A DNA stretch of 64,000 nucleotides from an uncultured delta proteobacterium (GCA_963737265.1 CAVTRY010000016.1:64001-128000), one strand, 5' to 3'. Counted from the stretch's first letter, positions 8,931 through 20,552 are shown. A program made the numbers and translations. Notes: a model not told the origin generated them from the sequence alone.

Positions 8931-10094
8931 GTGGACGGGGCGATCGGGGCAAACGAACAGCCAACCGTCTTGGTTGTCGATGACGAGCCCTCCATCGCTC
9001 GAGCGACCGAGAGGGTCCTCACCAAAGAGGGCTACAGGGTCGCGATTGCGGCCGGGGGACTGCAGGCGATCGACCTGGCTCGTTCGACGAGGTTCGACGC
9101 GATCGTCAGCGATCTCGCCATGCCGGACATGGACGGGCGGGCCTTGCTGCGCGCCGTCCGAGCGTCGGATCTGGATGTCCCCTTCGTCTTTTTGACCGGC
9201 AGCCCGGACCTTCAAAGCGCGATCGAGGCGATCGAGTACGGGGCCTTCCGCTACCTCATCAAACCCGTTCCGATAGACGAGCTTGCCGACGTCGTGAACC
9301 GAGCGGTCCGATGGCATCGTTTCGCCGTCGCTCGGCGAGAGGCTGCGCCCGAGATCCAGGGTCGGCCGATCGGCGATCGTGCGGGTCTGGAGGTGCGCTT
9401 CGCGGCCGCCCTCGAGCGGCTCTGGATGGCCACGCAGCCGATCGTCTCGTGCGGTCAGCGATCCGTGCTGGCCTACGAGACGCTGGTTCGTACCGACGAG
9501 CCGACGTTCCGAGGCCCACCCGACCTGCTCGATGCCGCGGAGAGGCTGGGGAGGACCGCGGAGCTCGGGCGACGGATTCGTCGGTTGGTCGCCGACCTCA
9601 TACCGGCAGCGCCCCCGTCGGCGTTGATATTCGTCAATCTGCATCCCGCCGACCTCGAAGATGACGAGCTGTCTGCGAGGGATGGGGTACTCACTCCCTT
9701 TGCGAGCCGGGTGGTCCTGGAGATCACCGAACGGGCCGCCCTCGACGGCATCCGTGGTCTTCGTGATCGGGTGGAGCATCTTCGGGCGCTCGGGTTTCGG
9801 ATCGCCATCGATGATCTCGGCGCGGGCTACGCCGGGCTGTCGAGCTGTGCCGCTCTGGAACCGGACGTCATCAAGGCGGACATGTCGCTCGTGCGCGGGA
9901 TCGAGACCTCGCCGATTCGACAAAAATTGATGCGCGCGATCGTCGCGCTGTCGAACGACCTCGGCGTGCAGCTGATCGCCGAAGGGGTCGAAACAGCCGC
10001 GGAGCAGGACTGCGTCGCCGCGCTCGGCGCGCACGCCGTGCAGGGCTACTTCTTCGCGAGACCAGGTCGTGGGTTTCCTTCGATTGCAACCTGA
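8931..10094 (+). CDS. REC-EAL cyclic dinucleotide phosphodiesterase
   Basis: N-terminal receiver; YETLVR, FVNLHP, LEITER, DDLGAGYAGL, IKAD, AEGVET, QGYFFARP. Confidence 0.92.
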   Translation: MDGAIGANEQPTVLVVDDEPSIARATERVLTKEGYRVAIAAGGLQAIDLARSTRFDAIVSDLAMPDMDGRALLRAVRASDLDVPFVFLTGSPDLQSAIEAIEYGAFRYLIKPVPIDELADVVNRAVRWHRFAVARREAAPEIQGRPIGDRAGLEVRFAAALERLWMATQPIVSCGQRSVLAYETLVRTDEPTFRGPPDLLDAAERLGRTAELGRRIRRLVADLIPAAPPSALIFVNLHPADLEDDELSARDGVLTPFASRVVLEITERAALDGIRGLRDRVEHLRALGFRIAIDDLGAGYAGLSSCAALEPDVIKADMSLVRGIETSPIRQKLMRAIVALSNDLGVQLIAEGVETAAEQDCVAALGAHAVQGYFFARPGRGFPSIAT

Positions 10095-10148
10095 GAGAGG
10101 GGCGTGGATGGAGACCTTGGATGGTCGCGGGCGTGGACCCCGTGAAAC

Positions 10149-10433
10149 GTGAAGCCCTGCACCGGCCGGATGGTCGTCGCGACCTGGGTGGCAATCGCGG
10201 TCCTCACGGGGGCGACGGTCGCCATGTTGAAGTTGACGAACGTGCCCGGCGAGCAGCTCTACGATTCCGTCATCGATGGCGGGGGGGTGGAGGTCGCCGC
10301 CACCATCTTTGTGTGGTGGTCCGTTGTGACCTTCGCGTGCGGCGCCTCTCTCACCTGGGCTGCGTTGGCGTTGCGAGCTCGTGTCGTGGCGCGCCGACTG
10401 CAGCGCGACACCCGTGAGCCAGATGCGCGATGA
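10149..10433 (+). CDS. Small hypothetical membrane protein
   Basis: 94-aa ORF with two hydrophobic segments; no recognised motif. Confidence 0.45.
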   Translation: MKPCTGRMVVATWVAIAVLTGATVAMLKLTNVPGEQLYDSVIDGGGVEVAATIFVWWSVVTFACGASLTWAALALRARVVARRLQRDTREPDAR

Positions 10434-10452
10434 CCGGAGCGACGCTTCGCCC

Positions 10453-10560
10453 ATCGAGATGCCTAAGGACGAAGTCGATGCGATCGCTGCCTGGATGCGC
10501 TCGATGACGGGCGCGCCGGATCCCGCCTACATCGCGGCTCCCCGGCTGCCCCCGGGTTGA
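10453..10560 (+). pseudogene. 3' remnant of a cytochrome c peroxidase paralog
   Basis: Translates IEMPKDEVDAIAAWMRSMTGAPDPAYIAAPRLPPG*, matching the C-terminus of 12164-13186 (EEEVYAIADWMRSMTGEPDPDYIAAPELPPGG*). Confidence 0.8.
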
Positions 10561-10566
10561 GGACGG

Positions 10567-11958
10567 CTAGGTCTCGAAGTCGCGGGCACGAATCCCGAGG
10601 CTTTTCATCTTCACGTGCAGCGTCTTGAAATCCGTGCTGAGGCTGCGCGCGGCCTCGCTCTTGTTGCCTTGCGCTGCCCTCAGCGCCTCGCAGATCACTT
10701 GACGTTCCGCTTCGCGGGCCGCTCGATCGGCGACCTCCTTGAGCGTTTGGCCGGGCAATCTCGTCGCGATCGCTGCGGAGGCTGTTTCGACCACACCGAG
10801 ACATCTCTGGATCGTTGCGCGCTCCAGGAGCAAATCTTTTGATTCGAGAACCGCCTGCCGGATCACGTTGCGAAGCTCGCGGACGTTGCCTGGCCAGGAA
10901 TGACGCTTGAGGAAGTCCAGAGCTTCGGGCGCGATCCCCTGCATCGGATGGCGCAACTCGACGCTCACCTCGCGCATGAATCGCTCGGCGAGGTGAGCGA
11001 TGTCTTCGGGCCGATCCCGCAGCGGGGGAAGATGGATCGTGTACTGGGCGAGCCGGAAATACAGGTCTGAGCGAAACTGTCCTTCCTTGACGCGGGCCTG
11101 CAGATCGCTGTTCGTGGCCGCGATGAACCGCACGTCAATGGACGTTGGCTGGCTGGCTCCAACCACCTGGAGCTTCCGCGACTCGAGCACCCGGAGCAGC
11201 TTGGCCTGGAGACCGAGGGGGAGGTTGCCGATCTCGTCGAGAAACAGGGTGCCGCTTTCGGCGAGGTGAAAGTGTCCGGTCCTCCGCCGGTCAGCGCCCG
11301 TGAAGGCGCCCTTTTCATGTCCGAACAATTCGGATTCGAGAAGCGCCTCCGGGATGGCGCCGCAGTCGAGAGCGATGAACGGCTTCGTACGCCGTTCGCT
11401 TTCGCGGTGGAGCGCGCTGGCCACCAAGTCCTTGCCCGTTCCGGTCTCTCCCAGAACCAACACGGAGAAGTTCGTGGCGGCGACGGTCGTCACCTGTTCA
11501 ATGATTCGTCCGACGATCGGGCTCGGACCCATCAGCGTGTCCAGTCCCCCGGCGCCGGTCCGGCGCCGGAGCTCTTCGACCTCGCTCAAAAGGGCGCGCG
11601 CTTGCAGAGCACGCCCGACCACCAGACTGATCTCGGTTGAGTCGAATGGCTTGGTGAGATAGTCGACCGCTCCGAGTTGCATCGCGCGCACGGCCGTTTT
11701 GACGTCGTCACAGCCGGTGAGCATGACCACCGGAAGGCCGGGCTTGGCGACCTTCAGTCGCTCGAGCACCTGGATGCCGTCGAGCCTGGGAAGCTCGAGG
11801 TCCACGATGACGATGTCGGGTTCGCGGGCGGTCACCAGGGCAAGCCCGCCCTCACCGTCCTCGGCGGTCAACACCTCAAAACCCTCCTTGACGAAGATCG
11901 CCGTCAACAGCCGAAGAATGGCGGGATCATCGTCGACCGCCAGTAGCCGCCGACCCAT
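10567..11958 (-). CDS. Sigma-54-dependent response regulator (NtrC family)
   Basis: Receiver, GETGTGK, GAFTGA, LFLDEIG, WPGNVREL, C-terminal HTH. Confidence 0.95.
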   Translation of the reverse strand: MGRRLLAVDDDPAILRLLTAIFVKEGFEVLTAEDGEGGLALVTAREPDIVIVDLELPRLDGIQVLERLKVAKPGLPVVMLTGCDDVKTAVRAMQLGAVDYLTKPFDSTEISLVVGRALQARALLSEVEELRRRTGAGGLDTLMGPSPIVGRIIEQVTTVAATNFSVLVLGETGTGKDLVASALHRESERRTKPFIALDCGAIPEALLESELFGHEKGAFTGADRRRTGHFHLAESGTLFLDEIGNLPLGLQAKLLRVLESRKLQVVGASQPTSIDVRFIAATNSDLQARVKEGQFRSDLYFRLAQYTIHLPPLRDRPEDIAHLAERFMREVSVELRHPMQGIAPEALDFLKRHSWPGNVRELRNVIRQAVLESKDLLLERATIQRCLGVVETASAAIATRLPGQTLKEVADRAAREAERQVICEALRAAQGNKSEAARSLSTDFKTLHVKMKSLGIRARDFET

Positions 11959-12163
11959 GTCAACCTCGCCGACCACCGTAACAGACCGACGCGACCATCA
12001 CCAGCGATCGTCGGTCCAGACTGGTCTGGATCGAGGCGAGATCACCAGGACTGTGGCACGGGCTCCAGAGAGCGCGCGCCGACAAATGGCCACCGGCACG
12101 CACAATCCCCGCACTTCGGTCTGGTCTTTGGTGTCGGCACGCCGTTCGCAGTGGGCGAGAGGT

Positions 12164-13186
12164 ATGAGGGCTTGGTTCAAGAAGAGGTGGTGGGTTGGTG
12201 CGTACGCGCTCGCGCTCGCGCCATCGTTGGGATGTGCGGCAGGTCCGGCTCGAGCTCCGGCCCCGCCCAAGTACGTCGACGATGTCCCGCAGATGGTGGC
12301 GGATAGAGTTTCCCCCCCGCAGGACCCGAACCGGGTCGCGCTGGGACGGCTGCTGTTTCACGACCCTCGGCTTTCGAAGGGTCGCCAGGTCTCTTGCAAC
12401 AGCTGTCACGTCCTGACGAGGTTTGGCATCGACGGCCAGACGATCTCCACCGTTTGGGGGGCCCAGGCCGGCAGGCGCAATGTCCCGAGCATCTTCAACG
12501 CTGCCACGCACCTCGCCCAGTTCTGGGACGGTCGTGCTCTCACCGTGGAGGCGCAGGCTGGCGAGGCGATGACGAACCCGGTCGAGATGGCCATGCCCAA
12601 CGAGGAGGCAGTCGTCGACGCGATCTCCCGGGTACCCCGATACGTCGAGATGTTTCAGACGGCGTTTCCCGATGACAACCAGCCCATCTCAGTCCGAAAC
12701 GTCGGTGAGGCCATCGGCGCGTTCGAACGCGGCCTCGCGACCAAATCACGCTGGGACAAGTTCATAGCGGGCGACCACGCGGTGCTCACCTCGCAGGAGA
12801 AGCGAGGATTGAACGTGTTCATGCAACGCGGATGCATCGTGTGCCATGCGGGACCCCAGGTCGGCGGGACCAGCTTACAGAAGGTCGGCGCGGTGTTCCC
12901 TTGGCCGAACCAGACGGACAAGGGCCGCCTCGAAGTCACCCACTTCGAACCGGATCGAATGGTGTTCAAGGTGCCCTCCCTGAAGAACATCGCCGAGACC
13001 GGGCCGTACTTCCACGACGGTTCTACCTCGAGCCTCGAAGTGGCCATCAAGCTGATGGCGTTTCACCAGCTCGGGCTCGAGATCAGCGAGGAAGAGGTCT
13101 ACGCAATTGCCGATTGGATGCGTTCGATGACCGGGGAACCGGATCCGGACTATATCGCGGCTCCTGAGCTCCCCCCGGGAGGTTAG
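12164..13186 (+). CDS. Di-heme cytochrome c peroxidase (CcpA/MauG family), probable lipoprotein
   Basis: CNSCH and CIVCH heme motifs, GRRNVPS, QFWDGRA, NPVEM, FKVPSLKN, PYFHDG; lipobox-like SLGC. Confidence 0.92.
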   Translation: MRAWFKKRWWVGAYALALAPSLGCAAGPARAPAPPKYVDDVPQMVADRVSPPQDPNRVALGRLLFHDPRLSKGRQVSCNSCHVLTRFGIDGQTISTVWGAQAGRRNVPSIFNAATHLAQFWDGRALTVEAQAGEAMTNPVEMAMPNEEAVVDAISRVPRYVEMFQTAFPDDNQPISVRNVGEAIGAFERGLATKSRWDKFIAGDHAVLTSQEKRGLNVFMQRGCIVCHAGPQVGGTSLQKVGAVFPWPNQTDKGRLEVTHFEPDRMVFKVPSLKNIAETGPYFHDGSTSSLEVAIKLMAFHQLGLEISEEEVYAIADWMRSMTGEPDPDYIAAPELPPGG

Positions 13187-13245
13187 AGAGAGACAGTCGT
13201 TTGGGCTTGGCGAGGCGCGCGGCCGGACCGGTGTACACTCGACCT

Positions 13246-14625
13246 GTGGATACCTTGATCGTCGACGACGATCCCGCTGTTCGAGCGGTCTTGCGCAAGC
13301 TCCTGACCCGACGGGGCGACAATGTCCTCGAAGCGGAGGATGGGAGGCAAGCGATCGATCAGCTCGGCGCCCGGGCGGTCGATCTGGTCATCACGGACCT
13401 GCTCATGCCTCGTGCGAACGGGCTCGAGGTTTTGCGCCACGTGCGCGAAAGAAGACCGCAGATCCCCGTGATCATGCTGACCGCTGAAGGATCCATCCGG
13501 GACTGCGTCGAAGCCATGCGGGCCGGCGCATTCAATTTCCTGACCAAGCCGTTCCACACTGACGACCTCGAGGAGATCATCCGCCAGGCAACCTGCGCTC
13601 GGGGGCTACGACCCGCATCGGGTGCTGGCGCCTCGGGCCCGGCAACACCCGCCGAGCCTGGGCAGCCGCAGATCGCGCTGGTCGGCGAATCAAATGCTCT
13701 ACGGGCCGTCATCGACATGGTCGAACGGATCGCGGGAAGCGGTTCCACCGTGCTCATCACCGGAGAAAGCGGGACAGGCAAGGAGGTGGTCGCGCGGCTG
13801 CTTCACTATTCCTCGCCGCGGGTGGGGCAACCGTTCGTCGCCGTGAACTGCGGGGCTATTCCCGAAACCCTGATCGAAAGCGAGCTCTTCGGCCACGTCA
13901 AGGGGGCCTTCACCGGAGCCGTCGACTCGCGCCCGGGGCGGTTCGCCCAGGCCGACGGTGGAACGTTGTTTCTCGACGAGATCGGCGAGCTGGCGTTGCC
14001 CCTTCAGGTGCGCCTTCTGCGCGTCTTGCAGGAGCGGGTGATCACCCCAGTGGGTGACTCACGGGTCCGCGCGGTCGACGTCCGGATCATCGCCGCCACC
14101 AACCGCGACCTCGAGGGCATGGTCAAGGAGGGGAAATTTCGGCAGGACCTCTTCTATCGGCTGGAGGTCTTGCCCGTCAGGTTACCCGCTCTTCGCGAAC
14201 GTCGCGAAGACATCCCGCTTCTGGCCGCACATTTCCTCGAGTCGACGAACCAACGCTTGGGCCGCCAGATCGCCATATCCGAGGGCGCGCTGGCAGTCAT
14301 GCGGCTCTATGACTGGCCCGGCAACGTGCGCGAAATGGAAAATCTGTTCGAGCGTCTCGTCGTTCTTTCACGTGGAGGCGCGATCAGTGCCTCCGACCTG
14401 CCAGAGCGCATGCGCTCTGGCCCGGCTGCGGCACAGATCGCCGACGCTTCGGCGTCTCTTGCCCTCGGCGCCTTCAACCTCGTCGCGTCAATGGCGGCCA
14501 TCGAAAGTACGCTGATCGAACAGGCGATGCGGCAAGCGAGCGGCAATAAGACCCGTGCGGCGGAGCTTCTCGGCATCAGTCGGACGACCCTCCTCGACAA
14601 GTTGAAGCGGGGGAATGGCGATTGA
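13246..14625 (+). CDS. Sigma-54-dependent response regulator (NtrC family)
   Basis: Receiver, [41 protein letters not shown]. Confidence 0.95.
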   Translation: MDTLIVDDDPAVRAVLRKLLTRRGDNVLEAEDGRQAIDQLGARAVDLVITDLLMPRANGLEVLRHVRERRPQIPVIMLTAEGSIRDCVEAMRAGAFNFLTKPFHTDDLEEIIRQATCARGLRPASGAGASGPATPAEPGQPQIALVGESNALRAVIDMVERIAGSGSTVLITGESGTGKEVVARLLHYSSPRVGQPFVAVNCGAIPETLIESELFGHVKGAFTGAVDSRPGRFAQADGGTLFLDEIGELALPLQVRLLRVLQERVITPVGDSRVRAVDVRIIAATNRDLEGMVKEGKFRQDLFYRLEVLPVRLPALRERREDIPLLAAHFLESTNQRLGRQIAISEGALAVMRLYDWPGNVREMENLFERLVVLSRGGAISASDLPERMRSGPAAAQIADASASLALGAFNLVASMAAIESTLIEQAMRQASGNKTRAAELLGISRTTLLDKLKRGNGD

Positions 14626-14685
14626 ACATGCCCGGCCGCGCGAACAGATACCCCTGCATCAGATCACGGCCGCTGCCGGCGACGC

Positions 14686-16683
14686 TCAATGTCCCTCTCC
14701 CTGCGGAGGCAGTCGAATTCTTGTCGAGACATCCTCTCCGTCGAGGACCTCTCGAACCTTCCGGCTGAGCAGCGCGGGCGTGATCGGTTTTTGCACGAAC
14801 GCCACGCCCGTCTCGAGCACACCATGGCGGACGATGCTGTCGTCGGTGTATCCCGACATGCAGAGGACCTTCATGTCAGGCCGGGTCCTGCTCAACCGCT
14901 TGGCCAGCTCGGGACCGCTCATCTGCGGCATGACGACGTCCGTGAGCAGGAGATCGATTCCGCCGAGATGTCGTTCGCAGATGAGGAGCGCCTCTCCTGC
15001 GTTCTGCGCCGAGATCACTTGATACCCCTGCCGGCGCAGAATATTCATGGCGATCACACGCACCTGCTCCTCGTCTTCGACGAGCAGGATGGTCTCCGAA
15101 CCGCGAAGGGTGGCCGGAGCGATCGGCGGTCTCAGCACATCGACTTCGTCATCCACCCGCGGGAGATAGACCTTGAACGTCGTGCCTTTGTTGGGCTCGC
15201 TGTAGACCCAGATATTGCCGCCGCTCTGTTGGACAATCCCGAACACGGTCGAGAGTCCGAGGCCGGTTCCCTTCCCCATCTCTTTGGTCGTAAAAAACGG
15301 CTCGAAGATCCGCTTCTGCGTCTCGCGGTCCATTCCGATCCCAGTATCGGTCACGGCCAACATCACGTAGGGGCCGGTCTTGGTGGGCAGGTGGCCAAGG
15401 GCGTAGGAATCATCCAGGACGACGTTTCCGGTCTCGATGGTGAGCTTGCCGCCCTTCGGCATGGCGTCGCGCGCGTTCACGACCAGGTTGAGGATCACTT
15501 GCTCGATGTGGCTCGGATCGGCCTTGACCCTGCCAATCGATTTCGGAGGCAAGGAGACCAACTCGACGTCCTCACCGAGAATGCGCTGGAGCATCTTGTC
15601 CATCCCGGTCAGCACCTCATGCAGATCGAGGACCTTCGGCTCGACGACTTGCTGGCGGCTGAACATCAACAGCTGACGGGTGAGCCCCGCCGCCCGGGTG
15701 GCGGCTTTGCGGATCTCCTCGACGTCGGTTCGCAGGGGATCGGTGGGCTTGAGGTCCGCCAGAATGAAGTCTCCGTAACTGAGGATCACGGAGAGCACGT
15801 TGTTGAAGTCGTGTGCCACGCCGCCGGCCAAGCGGCCCACCGCTTCCATCTTCTGCGCCTGGCGCAGCTGCTCTTCGCTCTGGCGAAGCGCGTCTTCTGC
15901 CTGCCTTCGTCCGGCTTCCGCGCGCTTGCGTTCGGTCAGATCGGCGATGAACGCGATGGTCATCGGATACTCAAGCATCGCCACGCCAACCAGGATCGAA
16001 ACGCGGCTCCCGTCCTTGCGAAACGTTTCGGTTTCCCAGGGGGGGGCGACACCGGTTGTTCGCAGCTGGTCGACGGAGCGCGCACCCCGACCGCGGAACT
16101 CGTCCGGGGTGAGGTCCACCCACCGCACCGCGCCCTGGAGGATCTCCTCACGCGAGTAGCCGACAATGGCCAGATAGGCGTCGTTCGCTTCGAAGACCTG
16201 GCCGTGGACATCCGCGGTTACGATTCCGACGACGCCGGACTCCGAGAGCCTTCGAAACCGCGCCTCGCTCTCCCGCAAAGCTTTCTCGGCCAGCCGCCGG
16301 GCCGAGCGCTCCTTGGCCTCGCGAACCTCGCGTTCGATGGCCGGCAACAGTCGACCGAGCTTGTCCTTGAGGACGTAGTCGTGCGCTCCGGCGCGCATGG
16401 CCTCCACCGCGGTCTCTTCGCCAATCGTTCCCGACACGATGATGAACGGCAGGTCGATCCCGCTCTCTTTCAAGATCGCCAGCGCCGCCGGAGCGGTGAA
16501 CCTGGGCATCGACCAGTCCGAGGTGACGACGTCCCAGTTGCGTTGGAGCGCCGCGCGCATCGCCTCGGCCGTCTCGACCCGATCGAACTCGACGAGCTGT
16601 CCCGCGCGACGCAGCTCACCGACGACCAGCTTCGCGTCGGTCGCCGAATCCTCCACCATGAGAACGCGCAACGGGTTCGTCAT
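14686..16683 (-). CDS. Hybrid histidine kinase REC-PAS-HisKA-HATPase-REC
   Basis: AQKMEAVGRLAGGVAHDFNN, NARDAMP, FFTTK, GTGLGL; receivers at both ends. Confidence 0.93.
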   Translation of the reverse strand: MTNPLRVLMVEDSATDAKLVVGELRRAGQLVEFDRVETAEAMRAALQRNWDVVTSDWSMPRFTAPAALAILKESGIDLPFIIVSGTIGEETAVEAMRAGAHDYVLKDKLGRLLPAIEREVREAKERSARRLAEKALRESEARFRRLSESGVVGIVTADVHGQVFEANDAYLAIVGYSREEILQGAVRWVDLTPDEFRGRGARSVDQLRTTGVAPPWETETFRKDGSRVSILVGVAMLEYPMTIAFIADLTERKRAEAGRRQAEDALRQSEEQLRQAQKMEAVGRLAGGVAHDFNNVLSVILSYGDFILADLKPTDPLRTDVEEIRKAATRAAGLTRQLLMFSRQQVVEPKVLDLHEVLTGMDKMLQRILGEDVELVSLPPKSIGRVKADPSHIEQVILNLVVNARDAMPKGGKLTIETGNVVLDDSYALGHLPTKTGPYVMLAVTDTGIGMDRETQKRIFEPFFTTKEMGKGTGLGLSTVFGIVQQSGGNIWVYSEPNKGTTFKVYLPRVDDEVDVLRPPIAPATLRGSETILLVEDEEQVRVIAMNILRRQGYQVISAQNAGEALLICERHLGGIDLLLTDVVMPQMSGPELAKRLSRTRPDMKVLCMSGYTDDSIVRHGVLETGVAFVQKPITPALLSRKVREVLDGEDVSTRIRLPPQGEGH

Positions 16684-17129
16684 GGCGCAGGGCGGGGCGT
16701 CGGCGCCGGTTCGTTCAAGAGCAGCCAGAAGAGCCCCAACGTCTTGGCAGCTTCCACGAACGCCACGAACTCCACCGGTTTCCTCACGTAGGCGTTTGCG
16801 CCCAGGGTGTAGCTCTGCATGACATCCTCCTCCTCCTTGGAGGCCGTCAACACGATGACCGGCAAGAGGCGGGTGCGCTCGGCGGCGCGAATGCGGCGGA
16901 GAACCTCGAGGCCATCGATCCGCGGCAGGTTCAGGTCGAGCAAGACGACGGTGGGGAGCGCGTTCGGGTCGCGCCCCGCGTGCTTCCCGGTTCCGAAGAT
17001 GTAGTCGAGCGCGTCCGCCCCGTCGCGCACGACCACGACCTCGTTCGAGACGCCGCACTTCTTGAAGGCCAATACGGTCAGCTTTTCGTCGCTGGCGTTG
17101 TCCTCGACCAGCAGGATGACCTTGTTCAT
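16680..17129 (-). CDS. Single-domain response regulator (Rcp1-like)
   Basis: [32 protein letters not shown]. Confidence 0.93.
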   Translation of the reverse strand: MNKVILLVEDNASDEKLTVLAFKKCGVSNEVVVVRDGADALDYIFGTGKHAGRDPNALPTVVLLDLNLPRIDGLEVLRRIRAAERTRLLPVIVLTASKEEEDVMQSYTLGANAYVRKPVEFVAFVEAAKTLGLFWLLLNEPAPTPRPAP

Positions 17130-20100
17130 GTCGTCGTCTCCGAGGCTCGTGCAGGAAGCGTGAAGTAGAAGGTGGCGCCGGCATCGACCACCCCTTCGGC
17201 CCAGGTTCGCCCCCCGTGTCGGCGGACGATCCGTTGCACCGTCGCGAGGCCGATCCCGGTGCCGGGGAACTCGGCCACCGTGTGAAGCCGTTGGAACGGG
17301 GCGAACAGCTTCCGGGCGAAGGCCATGTCGAATCCGGCGCCGTTGTCGCGCACGAAGAAGGCCGGAGCCCCGTCCTTCTCGATCGCGCCGAACTCGATGC
17401 GTGGCGCTGGGACCTTGGAGGTGAACTTCCAGGCGTTCCCGAGCAGGTTGTCCATGAGCGCCCGGGTCAGGACCGGGTCGGCGTGCGCGTCGAGATGATC
17501 CTGCACGACCATCACGACGGTCCGCTGCGGCTCGCTGGCGCGCAGCTGGGCGGCCGTCGCACGACAGAGCTCGGACAGGTCGACCGGCTCACGCCTCATC
17601 TCACTCCTGGTCACGCGCGACAGGGCCAGCAGCGAGTCGATGAGGGCAGCCATCTTGTGGGCGTTGAGGAGAATTTCCTGAAGCCAGTCCTTCCCCTCCT
17701 CGTCGAACTTGTCCCTGTAGGTGTCGAGGAGCAGCTGCGCGAAGCCGTTCATGCCCCGCAGCGGCGACCGCAGATCGTGAGCCACCGAGTAGCTGAACGT
17801 TTCGAGCTCGCGGCTGGCGTCCTCGGCGGCGTCCCTGGCGCGCGCCAGAGTCTCTTCGGCCCGTCGCCGGTCGGTGATGTCACGCGCGACCTTGGAGATG
17901 CCGACGATGCGGCCCGACTGGTCACGCACCGGAGAAATCGTGACGGAGACGTCGATCAATCGCCCATCCTTTCGCCGCCGTACCGTATCGAATCGCTCGA
18001 CCTCTCCCTTGGCGAGGTGATCCAGAATGACCGCCTCCTCGGACGTCCGATCCGGCGGAACGAGCACGGAGATGGGCGAGCCGACGATCTCCTCCGCCAA
18101 GTAGCCAAAGATCTGCTCGGCACCCCGGTTCCAGCTGGTGATCACACCCTCGAGAGTCTTACCGATGATAGCCTCCTCGGAAAACTCGACGATGGCCGCG
18201 AGACGGACCCGCTGTTGCTCGGCTCTCTTGCGCTCCGTGACGTCGCGAATCGCGGCCGACACGAGCAAGCCCTGCTCGGTCTCGAGCGGGCTCAAGCTGA
18301 CTTCGATCGGGAATTCGGCGCCGTCCTTGCGCCGCCCGTAAAGCTCCTGGCCGGCACCCATCGGGCGGACGCCCACTTTTTGAAAGTAGCCGGCCCGATG
18401 CGATGGGTGGGTCGGCCGAAAACGTTCCGGGATGAGGAGCTCGATTGGCTGGCCGACGATTTCGATGCGTGTGTACCCGAAGATCGCTTCGACCTGACCG
18501 TTCACCAGAGAAATGAGGCCGCTCTCATCGACGATGACCACCGCGTCGGGAGCCGCCTCGAGAAGCCCCCTGAACTTGGCGTCGGCCGCTCGTTCGTCGC
18601 GCAACCGGGAGATCGCCGCCTCGGCCTCCTTACGTTCCGTGAGATCGAGGACGAAGGAGATGCACTCCGTGCTTTCGCCGTCCAGCATGGTCGTACCGAC
18701 CAGAACGGGGACCCGCCGTCCGTCTTTGCGGAGATATTCTTTCTCGCGGAGGCTTGCCACACCCGTCGTCGTCAGTTGCTCGACGGCCCGGGCGTCCAAG
18801 TCCTTCCATTCTGGCGGCGTCAAATCCTTCCAAAGCGCTCCCCCAGAAAAGAGATCGTCCCGCGAATACCCCAAGAGCGCGAGGAGCGCGTCATTGATCT
18901 CGGAGATGTGCCCGTCGAGGTCGCTAACGACAACGCCGATGATCGACGACTCCGAGAGGCGGGCAAACCGACCCTTGGCCTGTCGAACGGCCTCAGTCGC
19001 CCTCTCCGCGGCGTCGCGCGCCGCCCGCTCAGCGGCGTAGGAGCGGGCGTTGGCGATGGCGAGCGCCGCGTGCTCGGCCACGCTCTGAACCAGATGAAGA
19101 TCGGCCTCCGTATATGGACGGTCCGAACCGCGGCGCATGAGACTTGCGACGCCGACAACCTTCCCTCGGCAGAGCAGCGGCAGCGTGATCGAGCTGCCGA
19201 CGCCCAGTCGCTCGAGGAGCGGCCGGTATCTGGGCTCACTCGACGCGGCAAAGTCAGAGGTGCTGATCGTCGGGGTGAGGAGCGGTTGTCCCGTCGCCGC
19301 CACTCGCCCAGAGACTCCCTCTCCCACGCGCTGGCGGCCCGACAGCATCACCTCCCGCGTTGCCGCCAGGAGCGCCGGATCTCGGTGATAGGCGGCGCCC
19401 GTTGACTCCAGCCATTCTCCGTCCTCGGCGACAGGCCTGATCACGCACATATCACCGACAAGCTCGCCGAGACGACGTGCCACCGCCTCCAGCAGGCGAT
19501 CCTGGTCGTAGGTCATCGCGGAAAACTCACGGGAGGCGTCGGCCAGGATCCGGAGACGCTCGGCCATCCGCGTTCTTTCCGCAGCTTCCAGCCGAGTCTC
19601 CGCGAGCAGGCGGGTATTCGAGATGGCGATGGCCGCCTGGCTGGCGAGGTTCTGCGCAAGGTCGAGATCGTGCTCGTCAAAGGGCGAGGCTTCTGGCCGA
19701 AAACGCACCAGGATGAGCTGTCCCAGGGATCGATCGTGAACGCGGAGTGGAACGATCAACACGCCGTGCGCCCCGATCCCGCGGATGAACGCGAAGTACC
19801 GTGCCGCGGTCGCGGGCGGGTGGGGGAACTGCCCGAAGTCGAGCACCGGGGCAAAAAATGGCTGGCCGGTTTCGAGAACTCGGCGTGTCACCGGGTGGTC
19901 CTCGAGGCGGAATGGTTCGAGGAGCGCCTCGCGAAGCCCGCCGAGAATGTCGGGATCGGTGTCGAACATGGCGGCCGGTCGAAGGCTCAGCCCATCGTCG
20001 GAGAGAAGCAGAACGACACATTGGTCTTTGATCACCTCGGCGGCTCGCCGAGCGACGGTGTCGAGTAGACGTTGCGAATCAGAGGCCGCCTCCGAGAACG

Positions 20101-20326
20101 CGCTCATTGTCTCAGAGAGAACGTGGAGACGTTCCTCGAGGCGCCGGCAAGTTGCGACCGTGCCTTCCAATGAATTCGCCGGCGCCTTCTCCTTTGAGGC
20201 GGGTGCGGACGGAGAATTCATTGCAGCGCCCGCGGTGTCACCGGACCACCGGACCGAGACTCGCGCACTGGCCGCGAAACCGACTTCACTCGTCCCGCCG
20301 CCCTTTTGTCTGCCAATGTCTCTCAC
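17126..20326 (-). CDS. GAF-GAF-PAS-PAS-PAS histidine kinase
   Basis: Two GAF-like and three PAS-like repeats; [14 protein letters not shown]-box, [19 protein letters not shown]. Alternative start at 20221. Confidence 0.92.
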   Translation of the reverse strand: MRDIGRQKGGGTSEVGFAASARVSVRWSGDTAGAAMNSPSAPASKEKAPANSLEGTVATCRRLEERLHVLSETMSAFSEAASDSQRLLDTVARRAAEVIKDQCVVLLLSDDGLSLRPAAMFDTDPDILGGLREALLEPFRLEDHPVTRRVLETGQPFFAPVLDFGQFPHPPATAARYFAFIRGIGAHGVLIVPLRVHDRSLGQLILVRFRPEASPFDEHDLDLAQNLASQAAIAISNTRLLAETRLEAAERTRMAERLRILADASREFSAMTYDQDRLLEAVARRLGELVGDMCVIRPVAEDGEWLESTGAAYHRDPALLAATREVMLSGRQRVGEGVSGRVAATGQPLLTPTISTSDFAASSEPRYRPLLERLGVGSSITLPLLCRGKVVGVASLMRRGSDRPYTEADLHLVQSVAEHAALAIANARSYAAERAARDAAERATEAVRQAKGRFARLSESSIIGVVVSDLDGHISEINDALLALLGYSRDDLFSGGALWKDLTPPEWKDLDARAVEQLTTTGVASLREKEYLRKDGRRVPVLVGTTMLDGESTECISFVLDLTERKEAEAAISRLRDERAADAKFRGLLEAAPDAVVIVDESGLISLVNGQVEAIFGYTRIEIVGQPIELLIPERFRPTHPSHRAGYFQKVGVRPMGAGQELYGRRKDGAEFPIEVSLSPLETEQGLLVSAAIRDVTERKRAEQQRVRLAAIVEFSEEAIIGKTLEGVITSWNRGAEQIFGYLAEEIVGSPISVLVPPDRTSEEAVILDHLAKGEVERFDTVRRRKDGRLIDVSVTISPVRDQSGRIVGISKVARDITDRRRAEETLARARDAAEDASRELETFSYSVAHDLRSPLRGMNGFAQLLLDTYRDKFDEEGKDWLQEILLNAHKMAALIDSLLALSRVTRSEMRREPVDLSELCRATAAQLRASEPQRTVVMVVQDHLDAHADPVLTRALMDNLLGNAWKFTSKVPAPRIEFGAIEKDGAPAFFVRDNGAGFDMAFARKLFAPFQRLHTVAEFPGTGIGLATVQRIVRRHGGRTWAEGVVDAGATFYFTLPARASETTT

Positions 20327-20480
20327 TCTCCCCCCGTGTTCGACCTTTTAGGCCAACGCGTTTCCCACCGCGAACCGCCCGGCGCAGGCGGGCCTTTGGA
20401 ATTGTGGCGCTACATTAACATCTCTCGAAAGGTCCGGGACCGTTTTGCTCGCAGCTCATTGTCCAACGTGGCCTTGCCTT

Positions 20481-20552
20481 CCACTCTCGGGCCTCGGGCC
20501 ACTCTCGGGCCTCGGGCCACTCTCGGGCCTCGGGCAACTCTCGGGCCTCGGG
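20481..20552. repeat. 18-bp tandem repeat x4 (CCACTCTCGGGCCTCGGG)
   Basis: Three identical copies plus one single-mismatch copy. Confidence 0.9.

Noticed and set aside
12050-12110. Sigma-54 promoter upstream of the peroxidase (TGGCACG at about 12054)
   Set aside because: No TTGC-like -12 element at the required spacing.
11699-12163. Long N-terminal extensions in the ORF track (peroxidase; also 5157, 5225, 6152, 6978, 17184, 45211, 47967)
   Set aside because: They overlap neighbouring genes; downstream starts give stop/start coupling and family-typical N-termini.
14689-19405. Long antisense or alternative-frame ORFs (e.g. 14689-16791, 17216-19405; also 2030-3811, 60518-62314, 60703-62988)
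   Set aside because: They are shadows of well-supported genes caused by high GC3 and carry no recognisable motifs.
17126-20326. Bacteriophytochrome call, suggested by the kinase class and Rcp1-like partner
   Set aside because: No PASDIP motif, PHY domain or chromophore Cys was recognised.
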